Shown here: positions 19,301-26,989 of the stretch, in pieces
How positions within the stretch are numbered: the first letter of the stretch is position 1
Layout: each line of letters starts with the position of its first letter
Virus record (IMG/VR): IMGVR_UViG_3300005282_000001
Span: 12,576 to 76,575 of that record
Length of the DNA: 64,000 nt
Reading direction: 5' to 3' (one strand)
Source: a virus
Taxonomy: Duplodnaviria > Caudoviricetes
Position numbers and translations under genes: made by a program
Notes under the pieces: model-generated
What the model was told of the DNA's origin: nothing
The model's database searches: none
What the model saw: only the letters and a program-made list of their open reading frames with translations

Positions 19301-19545
19301 AAAACAAATGTCCTGCATGTCAACTCTTGAGACGCCAAGGTAATGCAGATGTATCCTTATCATGCGGCAGTGCAATCGCAGAAGCTCTTGAGGAAAGCTG
19401 CGGAAGTACGCAAGGGGTAACTAAGGGAATCACAAAAGAATTACAAGAGACTAAACTGGAGTGTCCAGAATGTCATGAGAAAACACTGGTATCCACTGGT
19501 AAATGTTTCTCATGTTCAAACTGCGGATATTCCAAATGTGACTGA
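16351..19545 (+). CDS. nrdJ: Class II (adenosylcobalamin-dependent) ribonucleotide reductase, intein-containing
   Basis: PAGR, LSNCY, GGGCG, GRRAA, NP-[intein]-CSE, CNLTSIN, IAPTGS, STGIEP, VDNAISSTVN, KGITVFRDG, C-terminal TSCPD-like region and Zn ribbon; no small R2 subunit nearby. Confidence 0.93.
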   Translation: MKSGGNVLESNTNLGGKWYDKEIGKGIFSKKYMHEDDKGVADVFKRVAKTSQVEAMEEHMERGDILPAGRSIYGAESKGKFKVTLSNCYILRSPTDTIEDIYDTNKEMARVFSYGGGCGISISNLRPKGAKVNNSAKTSSGAVSFLELFNSTGDVIGQNGRRAAIMVMLDCSHPDLYEFLKIKQTNHKLESMNISIKFTDEFMVAVRDNTEYTLRFDVESTGEHIERTIDARKFFEEFCETNWDFGDPGACYITPVRDYNLLSRYPEYQIDCSNPCVTGDTIVMTRNGYEPIVKLIDKPCDIWNGYEWSTVIPKVTGRNQKMLKVSLSNGMSLDCTRYHKFILKDDSRVKAEELTVGDKLSKWDYPVITGDNSSLYEGKVNPYMNGFYSGDGTKNRSEIVVYADKRKLIDKLEPLRVLPYDGFSKVILSEVPIGKSFVPTVSESISFRLKWLAGLIDSDGCKNDETGSIAISSIDREFIGNVQLMLSTMGCHSSIAKMRAAGKKLLPKNDGSGEYGEYYCQDCYRIVISCFYVKKLLDIGLELFRVEVNPHPNRDAGRFVYVTKIEKIEDESIVYCFDEPINHSGIFNGIMTAQCSEFFGNAGNSCNLTSINLYNIVSHPFTKEAKVDYGKLKQLVTTSVVALNNILDYGYELQPLEINRECIKDWRSIGLGVMGISDMYVALGLRYGSEEANGLTEDVFHVILKESIRASAMLASKHGTFGKYNWKKTKESPMMKLLEGTEEYRLVQKYGLRNGTLLSIAPTGSIATAIGVSTGIEPFFRVSYERTTHSMEGEGKTFVVHSKSVEDLLRFHGLPQDMPVESIKERFPFVVDTDDIAPSDRVRTQSVIQQYVDNAISSTVNLKESATPQDIFEIYMAAWKGKLKGITVFRDGCARGNILGVKKDKPKLRRRDIHKINGSTFKKSSSCAQSMYVTVNSIDQGTPFEIFTNSSGGCASNIGTITRLTSLALRHGVSAESVIRELKENKCPACQLLRRQGNADVSLSCGSAIAEALEESCGSTQGVTKGITKELQETKLECPECHEKTLVSTGKCFSCSNCGYSKCD
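17176..18132 (+). mobile_element. Intein (319 aa) with LAGLIDADG endonuclease, C-terminal Gln
   Basis: Starts CVTGDT after SNP, TRYH block B, NGFYSGDG and WLAGLIDSDG blocks, ends HSGIFNGIMTAQ before CSE. Confidence 0.93.
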
Positions 19546-19562
19546 CGGGGGGGTGATAACAT

Positions 19563-19748
19563 ATGAAATCAATGACAACCTTACGATACCAAGTAGATAT
19601 CTCAGCTACCTTTGAGACACCTGCTGATTACACACTTGATGGTGCAAGGGAAATTCTTGAGGATGCTTTTAGTGAGCTTCTCAAGGCTATCCCAGGATTC
19701 CAAGTGAGTGTCAAGACAATACGAGAGGAAACGGTGGTGTACAAATGA
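19563..19748 (+). CDS. Hypothetical protein
   Basis: Small ORF in operon. Confidence 0.55.
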   Translation: MKSMTTLRYQVDISATFETPADYTLDGAREILEDAFSELLKAIPGFQVSVKTIREETVVYK

Positions 19749-20080
19749 GTTGGTTTTGGAAAGCAAAAGAGGAACCATGCGGTAGCATAGCAAATGCATT
19801 AGGTAACTTTAAGAAACAACAGGATATCGATGGATTACAAAAGGAACTCGATAGTATCAAAGGAGAACAAAAGAGACTTCATGAAAAAGTTTATGGTGAC
19901 CGTAAGTTTTTAATCCATGGAACGGTATGGAGTGGGTTAGGCGCCTATCATGCAACTGAAGAGTTTGCCAGATACGACGGTGAATACAATGGTATAACAA
20001 TTGATAATCGGCAGTTGTCCAATGAAGATGCCATAAGGCTTGCTGAGTTTATCTTAGATAATCTTAAGGAGGACAAATGA
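19745..20080 (+). CDS. Hypothetical protein
   Basis: ATGA overlap with both neighbours. Confidence 0.6.
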   Translation: MSWFWKAKEEPCGSIANALGNFKKQQDIDGLQKELDSIKGEQKRLHEKVYGDRKFLIHGTVWSGLGAYHATEEFARYDGEYNGITIDNRQLSNEDAIRLAEFILDNLKEDK

Positions 20081-20694
20081 ACAACTATCAGTTACTACAG
20101 AACTTACATGAGAGAAACATAAGAGTTACCAACGCTTACTGCTACGATCTTGCGAATTCCCTTGTCAGCAGCGGCTACCCTATGTTAACCAAAGTAGTTC
20201 CACGGGATGCCAATGAATCCGATGTGAAACGTGCGGTTAAACTTGCGAATACACCAGTAGGCAGTGGACACAACAATTTCCTCTGTGGGATTCGCGTGAG
20301 CTTTGACTTGACGGTTCCACGGTACATCTGGCAGGAAGCACAACGGTACCATTGGTTTGACATTGTGAGTTCCCAAAGCACCATGCATAAGATAACTGAG
20401 ATGGACTTGTGGGCTGATGATTTTACTGATGATACTCCATCTGCTTCTGTAGATATCCTCAAGAAGAAACAAAAGGAATATGTTAAAGATAATACAGAAA
20501 GAAACTTTAGAAAGCTCAAGAGTTCAATCCCAGAGGGACTTCTGTTGACCGCAAGGATTTCCACGAACTATCAGCAGTTACGCACTATTTTTACCCAGAG
20601 AGTAGTTTGTAAGCATAGACTTAAAGAATGGGAATATTTTGGAGAATGGATAAGGGGGCTGCCTATGTCTAGGGAGTTAATCACTAATGAATGA
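20077..20694 (+). CDS. thyX: ThyX-like flavin-dependent thymidylate synthase (divergent motif)
   Basis: VSFDLTVPRYIWQEAQRYH...SSQSTMH, NYQQL..IFTQR...HRLKEW; located among nucleotide-metabolism genes. Confidence 0.7.
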   Translation: MNNYQLLQNLHERNIRVTNAYCYDLANSLVSSGYPMLTKVVPRDANESDVKRAVKLANTPVGSGHNNFLCGIRVSFDLTVPRYIWQEAQRYHWFDIVSSQSTMHKITEMDLWADDFTDDTPSASVDILKKKQKEYVKDNTERNFRKLKSSIPEGLLLTARISTNYQQLRTIFTQRVVCKHRLKEWEYFGEWIRGLPMSRELITNE

Positions 20695-20797
20695 TCCAAG
20701 CGGCATTGTAGGTAATAAGTATAGGAAATGGAGTATTGAAGATGCTATCAATATCCCTATTGGCAAAGTACGTCACTACCATATGGAAAGGAATTGA
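20687..20797 (+). pseudogene. Possible C-terminal remnant of an HNH endonuclease
   Basis: 36-aa ORF containing YRKWSIEDAINIP, like the R..GWS.E.A...P tail of this HNH family. Confidence 0.4.
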
Positions 20798-20803
20798 TAA
20801 CTG

Positions 20804-20980
20804 GTGAAACCGTATGTAGCAAAAGTCACATTTGACGTAAGTTTCCATAGCAATTCAGATGATCCACTAGCGGACTTTATGGAACACAATAGTGAACTAG
20901 CGGAAATGGTATATGAACACTTCGGTAACATAGAAATTCAAGAGGATGACATGGAGGTAGACGAATGTACCCACAAGTGA
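20804..20980 (+). CDS. Small acidic hypothetical protein (58 aa, not in ORF track)
   Basis: GTG start after AAAGGA; MKPYVAKVTFDVSF...VDECTHK. Confidence 0.5.
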   Translation: MKPYVAKVTFDVSFHSNSDDPLADFMEHNSELAEMVYEHFGNIEIQEDDMEVDECTHK

Positions 20981-21031
20981 ATTACTTATGAAGATTCACG
21001 TGAGAATCAATCAAATTTAGGAGGAATATAG

Positions 21032-21304
21032 ATGAAGTTTGAAAAAAATACATTAGTCTCATTGCTAGACAGCGGCAAAGCAGCAGTTTTAGAAGAGAAA
21101 CTTATAGATTCCGACAGATGGTCTCTATACTATTCTTTAGTTTTCGCATATGACGGCAAGACATATCAAACAAAATATTCTAAAGGAGCAACCGAATACC
21201 AGATGGAAGAACTGTGGGAATACGAGGACGAGGTAGAATGTACACTAGTAGAACAAAAGGAAGTGTTGGTAAAACAATGGGTTCCTGTGGAGGTAGACGA
21301 ATGA
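21032..21304 (+). CDS. Hypothetical protein
   Basis: AGGAGG RBS. Confidence 0.65.
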   Translation: MKFEKNTLVSLLDSGKAAVLEEKLIDSDRWSLYYSLVFAYDGKTYQTKYSKGATEYQMEELWEYEDEVECTLVEQKEVLVKQWVPVEVDE

Positions 21305-21579
21305 AAACAACAGTAGACGCATTTGGTACAGAGGTAGTCATAGATGATATTGTGGTATTTAAGGGACAGCATAAGTATCTTGAGAAAGGCTTAGTTATCA
21401 AGTGTACTCCTCATGGTGCTACAGTGATTTGCGGCATCCATAAGGCAAATGTGAGAAGCGAAAGAATCTACAAGGTATTCAGCGACCAGCAACGGTTAAA
21501 CCTAGAGGCATCTCTTGAGTACTCTAAAGAATATATAGATGTACTTCGGGTAGATGACGGACAGCAGGTGATCCAATGA
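21301..21579 (+). CDS. Hypothetical protein
   Basis: GGAGGT RBS, ATGA overlap (MKTTVDAFG). Confidence 0.6.
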   Translation: MKTTVDAFGTEVVIDDIVVFKGQHKYLEKGLVIKCTPHGATVICGIHKANVRSERIYKVFSDQQRLNLEASLEYSKEYIDVLRVDDGQQVIQ

Positions 21580-21986
21580 GATACTTTAGTAAACTAAACG
21601 ATTCAGTAGAACTACCAGCGAGAGCCACAAAAGGCTCCGCTGGTTATGACATAAGAGTTACAGAGGGTGGCATAGTACCTCCTGGTAAAACTGTAGTATT
21701 CAGCACGGGACTTACGGTAACTATGGAACCAGATGAAGTACTGCTGATTTACCCTAGGAGTTCCATTGGCATCAAGAGACACCTTATGTTATCCAACACA
21801 ACTGGTGTGATTGACTCAGATTATACAGAAGAAATCCATATGGCTCTTACAAACTTCGGGGAAAGAACACAGATAATCAATAGTAGTGAAAGGGTAGCAC
21901 AGGGAATCTTCACAAAGTATCTAGTGGCTACAGATGATAACACAACAGATGAACGCACGGGCGGCATCGGAAGTACAGGGAGATGA
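21576..21986 (+). CDS. dut: Trimeric dUTPase
   Basis: AGYDI, PRSS, GVIDSDY, ERVAQGIF, RTGGIGSTG. Confidence 0.96.
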   Translation: MRYFSKLNDSVELPARATKGSAGYDIRVTEGGIVPPGKTVVFSTGLTVTMEPDEVLLIYPRSSIGIKRHLMLSNTTGVIDSDYTEEIHMALTNFGERTQIINSSERVAQGIFTKYLVATDDNTTDERTGGIGSTGR

Positions 21987-21990
21987 ACAT

Positions 21991-22155
21991 ATGATTACTG
22001 ATGAGAAAGCAATGAAATATGTAAGGAAACTTAACAAGTTCTGTGGGGAACGCAGTTGTAGCAAATGTATCTTTCAGTATATTGATACGCATACCGCTTG
22101 TCCCATAGCTGTTCTAACGTCTAACTTTGAAGTTTGCATTGGTAAACCATTATGA
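21991..22155 (+). CDS. Small Cys-rich paralog 1
   Basis: MITDEKAMKYVRKLNKFCGERSCSKCIF. Confidence 0.6.
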   Translation: MITDEKAMKYVRKLNKFCGERSCSKCIFQYIDTHTACPIAVLTSNFEVCIGKPL

Positions 22156-22481
22156 TCCATCAGATTCTTATAGACTACAGAGACTCTGGAGATTACTTCA
22201 GATTCTCTATTGACTCCACAGAAAGACTAGAAGACATCCTTACGTATTTCCAACAGTATTCCAAAGACGTACGCTACTGGCGTTCACAAGAAGAGCCTAG
22301 GAGAAACGAGAAGGGAACTAGGGTTACACCAGTAGGCACATTGATATCATGCGGATACTTTGGTACTAAGATAGGGTATCAAATGAGATTCGAAAAGAGT
22401 GACTATAGACTTAAAGGAGTACTCGATAGTATACCTGATGAAAGGCATGTGATTGCATATGACTACACAACTGATTACTGA
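22152..22481 (+). CDS. Hypothetical protein
   Basis: ORF in operon. Confidence 0.6.
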   Translation: MIHQILIDYRDSGDYFRFSIDSTERLEDILTYFQQYSKDVRYWRSQEEPRRNEKGTRVTPVGTLISCGYFGTKIGYQMRFEKSDYRLKGVLDSIPDERHVIAYDYTTDY

Positions 22482-22656
22482 TGAACAAGCAATAGAATAC
22501 GCAAGAGAACTAGAGAAATACTGTAATAATAGAAGAAACTGTTCTGAATGCCCATTTGAAACAGACAAATCTCTTGACGCATGGGGAGAAACTACCGACT
22601 GCATAGGAAATTCTCTAAAGGATCTTAAGAAACCATTAGGTGATGCCATTGGATAA
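22459..22656 (+). CDS. Small Cys-rich paralog 2
   Basis: LITDEQAIEYARELEKYCNNRRNCSECPF. Confidence 0.6.
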   Translation: MTTQLITDEQAIEYARELEKYCNNRRNCSECPFETDKSLDAWGETTDCIGNSLKDLKKPLGDAIG

Positions 22657-23263
22657 ACTAGAGCAACTACTGGTAGACAATAGTCCTCAAGTGTTACTCC
22701 GCAAGCTCGAAGGAGATACCATAAGAGAGGACAGAAGGTACTATAGGGATACCGAAAGAATCCGTGGGAAACTTACAGATTATATAAAAGTCCCACGGGA
22801 CCCCTTGGATTACCTTGTGGAACAAGAGGAGAAGCAAGAGATTCTCGCAGTAGTACAAAAGATATACCGTGAGTTACCACAAGAGCTATCTGAGGTATTC
22901 CAACTGATGGTAATCAAGGGATATACCAAGCAAGCCGCCTCAGACTTCCTAGGAGTGTCTCTAGCGACAGTTTACCGTAGACTCGATAGATTACAAGAGG
23001 AACTCAAGAAGTACCGCTCAGAACTCACCATAGAGACTCATGAAAGTACATTAGAAGCAAAAGCACCACGGGATTTCATTAGATACGCTTGTGAGTTCTA
23101 TAAGGATTACTATGAAGGTAAAGTGAATCGCCAAGGGAACTACATTACACACTGTAGAATCCAAAGGTACTTCGATGAATCCTTTGGTGACGACAAGACT
23201 ACCTGCGGAATGTGTGATAAGTGTTCAAATGGATTCATGAGGAAACGGAGGGATTGCAAATGA
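22640..23263 (+). CDS. Sigma-70 region-4-like HTH regulator with C-terminal Cys4 motif
   Basis: LPQELSEVFQLMVIKGYTKQAASDFLGVSLATVYRRL; CRIQRYF...CGMCDKC. Confidence 0.7.
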   Translation: MMPLDKLEQLLVDNSPQVLLRKLEGDTIREDRRYYRDTERIRGKLTDYIKVPRDPLDYLVEQEEKQEILAVVQKIYRELPQELSEVFQLMVIKGYTKQAASDFLGVSLATVYRRLDRLQEELKKYRSELTIETHESTLEAKAPRDFIRYACEFYKDYYEGKVNRQGNYITHCRIQRYFDESFGDDKTTCGMCDKCSNGFMRKRRDCK

Positions 23264-23613
23264 TAGCAAAGGTAAGGGTAGGAACCTATAAACATGACGA
23301 TGGAGAACAAGAGTATACAATGGGATGCTACGCGGTAATCAATGGAATCTTATGTGATAATGTAACAAAAATTGAGACATCATCTGAACATGCTAAGTTA
23401 ACATCAGCAACGATAACGTTCACAAGCGATGTTGGGTTTACAAATGAACCAAAGGATACTACTGTTATTACTGATAATCCAATGGAACTTGCTAAGAAAT
23501 TACAGCAGTATTGCAAGGGAAGAGAATGTATCGGATGTGTACTTTCTAATGGATCATGTAAATTATCAACACCATATAATCCAACCCAATGGGAACTAGG
23601 TGATGACAAATGA
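23260..23613 (+). CDS. Hypothetical protein with C-terminal Cys-rich paralog 3
   Basis: ITDNPMELAKKLQQYCKGRECIGCVL. Confidence 0.6.
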   Translation: MIAKVRVGTYKHDDGEQEYTMGCYAVINGILCDNVTKIETSSEHAKLTSATITFTSDVGFTNEPKDTTVITDNPMELAKKLQQYCKGRECIGCVLSNGSCKLSTPYNPTQWELGDDK

Positions 23614-23771
23614 TTACTGAAGAGCAAGCAATAGAATATGCAAAGAAACTTAAGGAATTCTGTAGTGAACAAGATAGTCATTGCAAAGGGTGCCCATTTA
23701 AACTCAGTAGTAATTGTTCTGTAGGAAGTCTAGGTTACGTATCGCCTTGCGATTGGGTACTAGATGACTGA
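23610..23771 (+). CDS. Small Cys-rich paralog 4 (53 aa, not in ORF track)
   Basis: MITEEQAIEYAKKLKEFCSEQDSHCKGCPF; ATGA overlap. Confidence 0.65.
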   Translation: MITEEQAIEYAKKLKEFCSEQDSHCKGCPFKLSSNCSVGSLGYVSPCDWVLDD

Positions 23772-24072
23772 TATACGGACGCAACTTATAACTCCACTGA
23801 CTCCACGGGATGAACGTCCGTTGCCATCGCCTCCTATAAATCCAAAAGAAACTCATATAAGTACTAATGTAATCTCAGAAGTCCTCAGAGTAAAACAGCA
23901 GTATCCCAATATGAGCTTCTATAGATTCATATGTTTCGCTGCGGGTCGTGTGGGGCACTGTGAGGATGACCATCAGTTACTCTTGGGATTACAGATGTTA
24001 GACAAGCAAGGTAACCGTGCGGATGTACAGGGTACATCGGGTGAACGCAGTGAACAGGAGGTGAATAGGTGA
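23764..24072 (+). CDS. Hypothetical protein
   Basis: ORF in operon. Confidence 0.55.
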   Translation: MTDIRTQLITPLTPRDERPLPSPPINPKETHISTNVISEVLRVKQQYPNMSFYRFICFAAGRVGHCEDDHQLLLGLQMLDKQGNRADVQGTSGERSEQEVNR

Positions 24073-24179
24073 ATACAAAAGAAACGATAGGGAATATCCT
24101 TGGCACACTCACTGGTAAATTCATAAAATCCTTTGTGTATACTGCTGGAATCATTGCAGCCATTAAACTACTAGTGTAA
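24069..24179 (+). CDS. Small hydrophobic peptide (36 aa)
   Basis: GGAGGTG RBS, GTG start, hydrophobic C-terminus. Confidence 0.45.
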   Translation: MNTKETIGNILGTLTGKFIKSFVYTAGIIAAIKLLV

Positions 24180-24190
24180 TAGGAGGAAAA

Positions 24191-24538
24191 ATGATAGAGA
24201 TATTCATTAGTTCGCTCATGTCAATAATCCTGGGATATATTCTTGGAGTATGTGTAGCGTATAACATAAGGAAGACAGGAGGAACACAAATGAAAATACT
24301 ATTGAGTACATGTAGGGGAAGGGGTATCCAGAAGTTATATCCTATTGTTTGTCACAAGTGGCATGTGTCAGATGAGTCAATTGTAACGATAGCATCTATA
24401 GAATGCCTACAGAAGTTCTTAGATGACTTAAGAGAAGAAGCCAATGTATCTGTAGATGGGTTGGTAATCTGGAGCAACACTAGTTCTTCTGCTGAATACC
24501 AAATGAGAATAACAATTTACGATGGATATCTTGAGTAA
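24191..24538 (+). CDS. Hypothetical protein, N-terminal TM helix; internal RBS/ATG at 24290
   Basis: AGGAGG RBS; second GGAGG before MKILLST. Confidence 0.55.
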   Translation: MIEIFISSLMSIILGYILGVCVAYNIRKTGGTQMKILLSTCRGRGIQKLYPIVCHKWHVSDESIVTIASIECLQKFLDDLREEANVSVDGLVIWSNTSSSAEYQMRITIYDGYLE

Positions 24539-24674
24539 ATACCAATAAAATACCTTAAACTCTACCACAGTGCGTACAACAGCGTTCTGTGGTTTTTCTT
24601 ATGTAGTTATATAGGTAGTACTCTAAAAACCTCTCAGAAGTCCTCACAGGAAGTCACTTTTGTAACTGGGCAAT

Positions 24675-24714
24675 AAAAAATGGGGATACACAAGATTTCT
24701 CCCATGTATCCCCA
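24675..24714 (-). terminator. Intrinsic terminator ending the late (- strand) transcript
   Basis: TGGGGATACA/TGTATCCCCA 10-bp stem followed by T6 on - strand, between convergent blocks. Confidence 0.8.
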
Positions 24715-24720
24715 AGATTG

Positions 24721-25335
24721 TTAAGATATTTTCAGTTGACTCTTAAGTTTCGCTTGTAGTGTTGAGATTCTGCTGGATAGCCAAAGTTGAAATGCAGTAA
24801 TCCCTATGATTTTCGCATCAATCAAAAGGCACCCAAAGAAATCTGTAGTATGTCTGCTGATCATAAGTTTACCTTTGTAATCCTCTACAGACTTCACAGC
24901 GTTTTGGATGACTGTAGTAACCTGCGAGTATACAGAAGTAAGTACTGTGGTATCCGTAAGGTCGCTAGTGGTTACTGTAGAACTCAATTGTGCTACTGCT
25001 GCTTCTGCTGCGGACTTCACAGTCTTCCAGTCAACTGTAGTAGCACTTATAAGCACAGTATTCGCTGCGGTCTCTGCGGCTGCTGTAGCACTCACTGGTA
25101 ATTTAATGGTTACTGCTGTATCTTCTGTTCCTACTGTTACAGTGGTAGTCTGTGCAGTATACCCTTGGATACTACCAGTTACTGTATAGTCACCAGCAGA
25201 TAAACCAGAGACACTTGCGACCCCATTAGAATCCGTAGTGGTTGTCCCGTTGATTTCACCATATGCATATGTTACGTTTGCAGAAGTTAAAAGTGCTCCT
25301 GCTGTACTTTCAATAGTTACTGTTAATTTTGCCAT
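24721..25335 (-). CDS. Protein with N-terminal CnaB/carboxypeptidase-regulatory-like beta domain and helical hydrophobic C-terminus
   Basis: TTDSNGVASVSGLSAGDYTVTGSIQGY pattern. Confidence 0.55.
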   Translation of the reverse strand: MAKLTVTIESTAGALLTSANVTYAYGEINGTTTTDSNGVASVSGLSAGDYTVTGSIQGYTAQTTTVTVGTEDTAVTIKLPVSATAAAETAANTVLISATTVDWKTVKSAAEAAVAQLSSTVTTSDLTDTTVLTSVYSQVTTVIQNAVKSVEDYKGKLMISRHTTDFFGCLLIDAKIIGITAFQLWLSSRISTLQAKLKSQLKIS

Positions 25336-25345
25336 TGTATCACTC

Positions 25346-25462
25346 TCATTTCTTTAGTTTATCATAAGTATCTTTGGCTGCACTTGTAATTGCTACGGAG
25401 TACAATGCGTCTCTAAACTTACATCACGCAGCCTTAAGGAATCCCTTAGTTTTCTCCGACAC
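25346..25462 (-). pseudogene. 38-codon ORF with one internal TGA
   Basis: GGAGGT + 8 nt + GTG; MSEKTKGFLKAA*CKFRDALYSVAITSAAKDTYDKLKK*; TGA at 25424-25426. Confidence 0.5.
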
Positions 25463-25982
25463 TCGCAAGTACCTCCTCAAAAGCTACTTCTTGGGCAAAC
25501 TTAGCAACGATACCAATGAGTATATTAGGAGTTATACTTGAGGATTCTACGGTACCATCGATAGGAAAACCATAGGCTCTCAAGATATCTGTAACGTCCT
25601 CTGAGCAATCCCCTTCGTTCTCTGGGTTATCCAATACAACCCCAAAGAGACTGTAGGCGGCACCACAGAGTAACGCACGAGGACTGTAGTCACGCCCAAG
25701 GATACTTGTGAACGCTTGGTCTCCTGCGGATACAAGAGATTCATCGGATACCTCAAGTTTGTACACACGTACATTCTCAGGTTGATATCGTGATAACTTT
25801 TGTCCCACAAAGCCACTTGCCAGAGCCTCTTGGAATTTCCCTTGTTCCGCAAGTCCCGTGTGAGTTGGCAGGAATTCCACTCCATTGTCCCCTTGGATAA
25901 ACTCTCCAGCTTCTTCAAAGACTTCTATAGCTTTACTAAAGAGACTTGTGCCATGCGTAAATATTACATATAGTGTTCTCAT
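25446..25982 (-). CDS. Permuted papain-like (NlpC/P60, YaeF/YiiX-type) hydrolase
   Basis: His motif PTHTG precedes Cys motif DCSE; terminal TPxxL. Confidence 0.7.
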   Translation of the reverse strand: MRTLYVIFTHGTSLFSKAIEVFEEAGEFIQGDNGVEFLPTHTGLAEQGKFQEALASGFVGQKLSRYQPENVRVYKLEVSDESLVSAGDQAFTSILGRDYSPRALLCGAAYSLFGVVLDNPENEGDCSEDVTDILRAYGFPIDGTVESSSITPNILIGIVAKFAQEVAFEEVLASVGEN

Positions 25983-26569
25983 GATTTCATCAGCTCCTCA
26001 ATGTACCAATTGCCTTTCCCACGTAACACATCACCACCACGAGAACCATCAGTTGCGTATGGATTCCATGATGGACTCTCAGATGTCCCAAGGAACTCTA
26101 GGTCCCAACGCTCTACTGTACTCTTGGGACCATATGGATCGTGAAGGTTTGTTATGCCATCTTCATTATCCGCTGCTTCCCCATGAGTAAGTACATGAGT
26201 TTTATCACATGGAATACCAAGTGCTATACATAGGGTTGCTATAAGTTTACTCATGAACTCTATCTGAGCTTCTGTGGGAGCTTCTGAGCCTAGGTTGTTA
26301 CTCGTGGCTCCTGCACAACATGCAAGAGAAATTCCTATGGCTCCAGAGTTCCTGTGGTACGTGTGTGAGATTACTTCTGATAAATCATTTGTAGTCACAT
26401 GGTAACTGCCGTTACTGTCGATATTCACATGATAATCATCAAAGAATTGCCCATAGTGTCCAGCGGACCAGTGTAGATAAATCTTAACATCTCTACCGTA
26501 ATTACTTGCGAGTTGCTCAAGTGATTCTTTTGAGTTCTCTGCGATACTTTTGATTTCCTCTAGTGTCAT
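25979..26569 (-). CDS. Endolysin, N-acetylmuramoyl-L-alanine amidase (Amidase_2)
   Basis: IYLHWSAG, YHVNID, HTYHRNSGAIGISL, PTEAQIE, LTHGE. Confidence 0.88.
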   Translation of the reverse strand: MTLEEIKSIAENSKESLEQLASNYGRDVKIYLHWSAGHYGQFFDDYHVNIDSNGSYHVTTNDLSEVISHTYHRNSGAIGISLACCAGATSNNLGSEAPTEAQIEFMSKLIATLCIALGIPCDKTHVLTHGEAADNEDGITNLHDPYGPKSTVERWDLEFLGTSESPSWNPYATDGSRGGDVLRGKGNWYIEELMKS

Positions 26570-26772
26570 TTGTTATCACCTGCTTTGTATGGTTGTCCTA
26601 TTGGACTGTTGAATTTACTGTTGAAATAGTGTTGAAATACCTCAATTACTGCTGCGGAACCAATGGAGAATATTGTGAAGATATCATAGAGTTCCCACAC
26701 TTGGTTCCTATAGACTAGCCAGGCGGTCACAAGTATCCATGTGATCCACCCTAGTCTTGCATTAGTGTTCAT
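26566..26772 (-). CDS. Putative holin
   Basis: Two hydrophobic segments, directly upstream of endolysin. Confidence 0.55.
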   Translation of the reverse strand: MNTNARLGWITWILVTAWLVYRNQVWELYDIFTIFSIGSAAVIEVFQHYFNSKFNSPIGQPYKAGDNK

Positions 26773-26980
26773 CTTTGATACTCCTATACATATCCTCAAG
26801 TTGTTCATTGGTAATGTCTACATGCGCCTTGTGGAGAGCCCTCTCGATACTTTTGTGGTCACTAGTATACACGCGGTTATACACAGGTCTCTTCTGGCTT
26901 CCTATGGTATATCCAACGCAATACGCAAGTATTAACAGAAGGATTCCCACAAGAGCAAACATGCCATACCTATAGTTCAT
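26762..26980 (-). CDS. Small membrane-anchored lysis-module protein
   Basis: N-terminal TM helix GMFALVGILLLILAYCVGY. Confidence 0.55.
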   Translation of the reverse strand: MNYRYGMFALVGILLLILAYCVGYTIGSQKRPVYNRVYTSDHKSIERALHKAHVDITNEQLEDMYRSIKDEH

Positions 26981-26989
26981 CTAATCACC

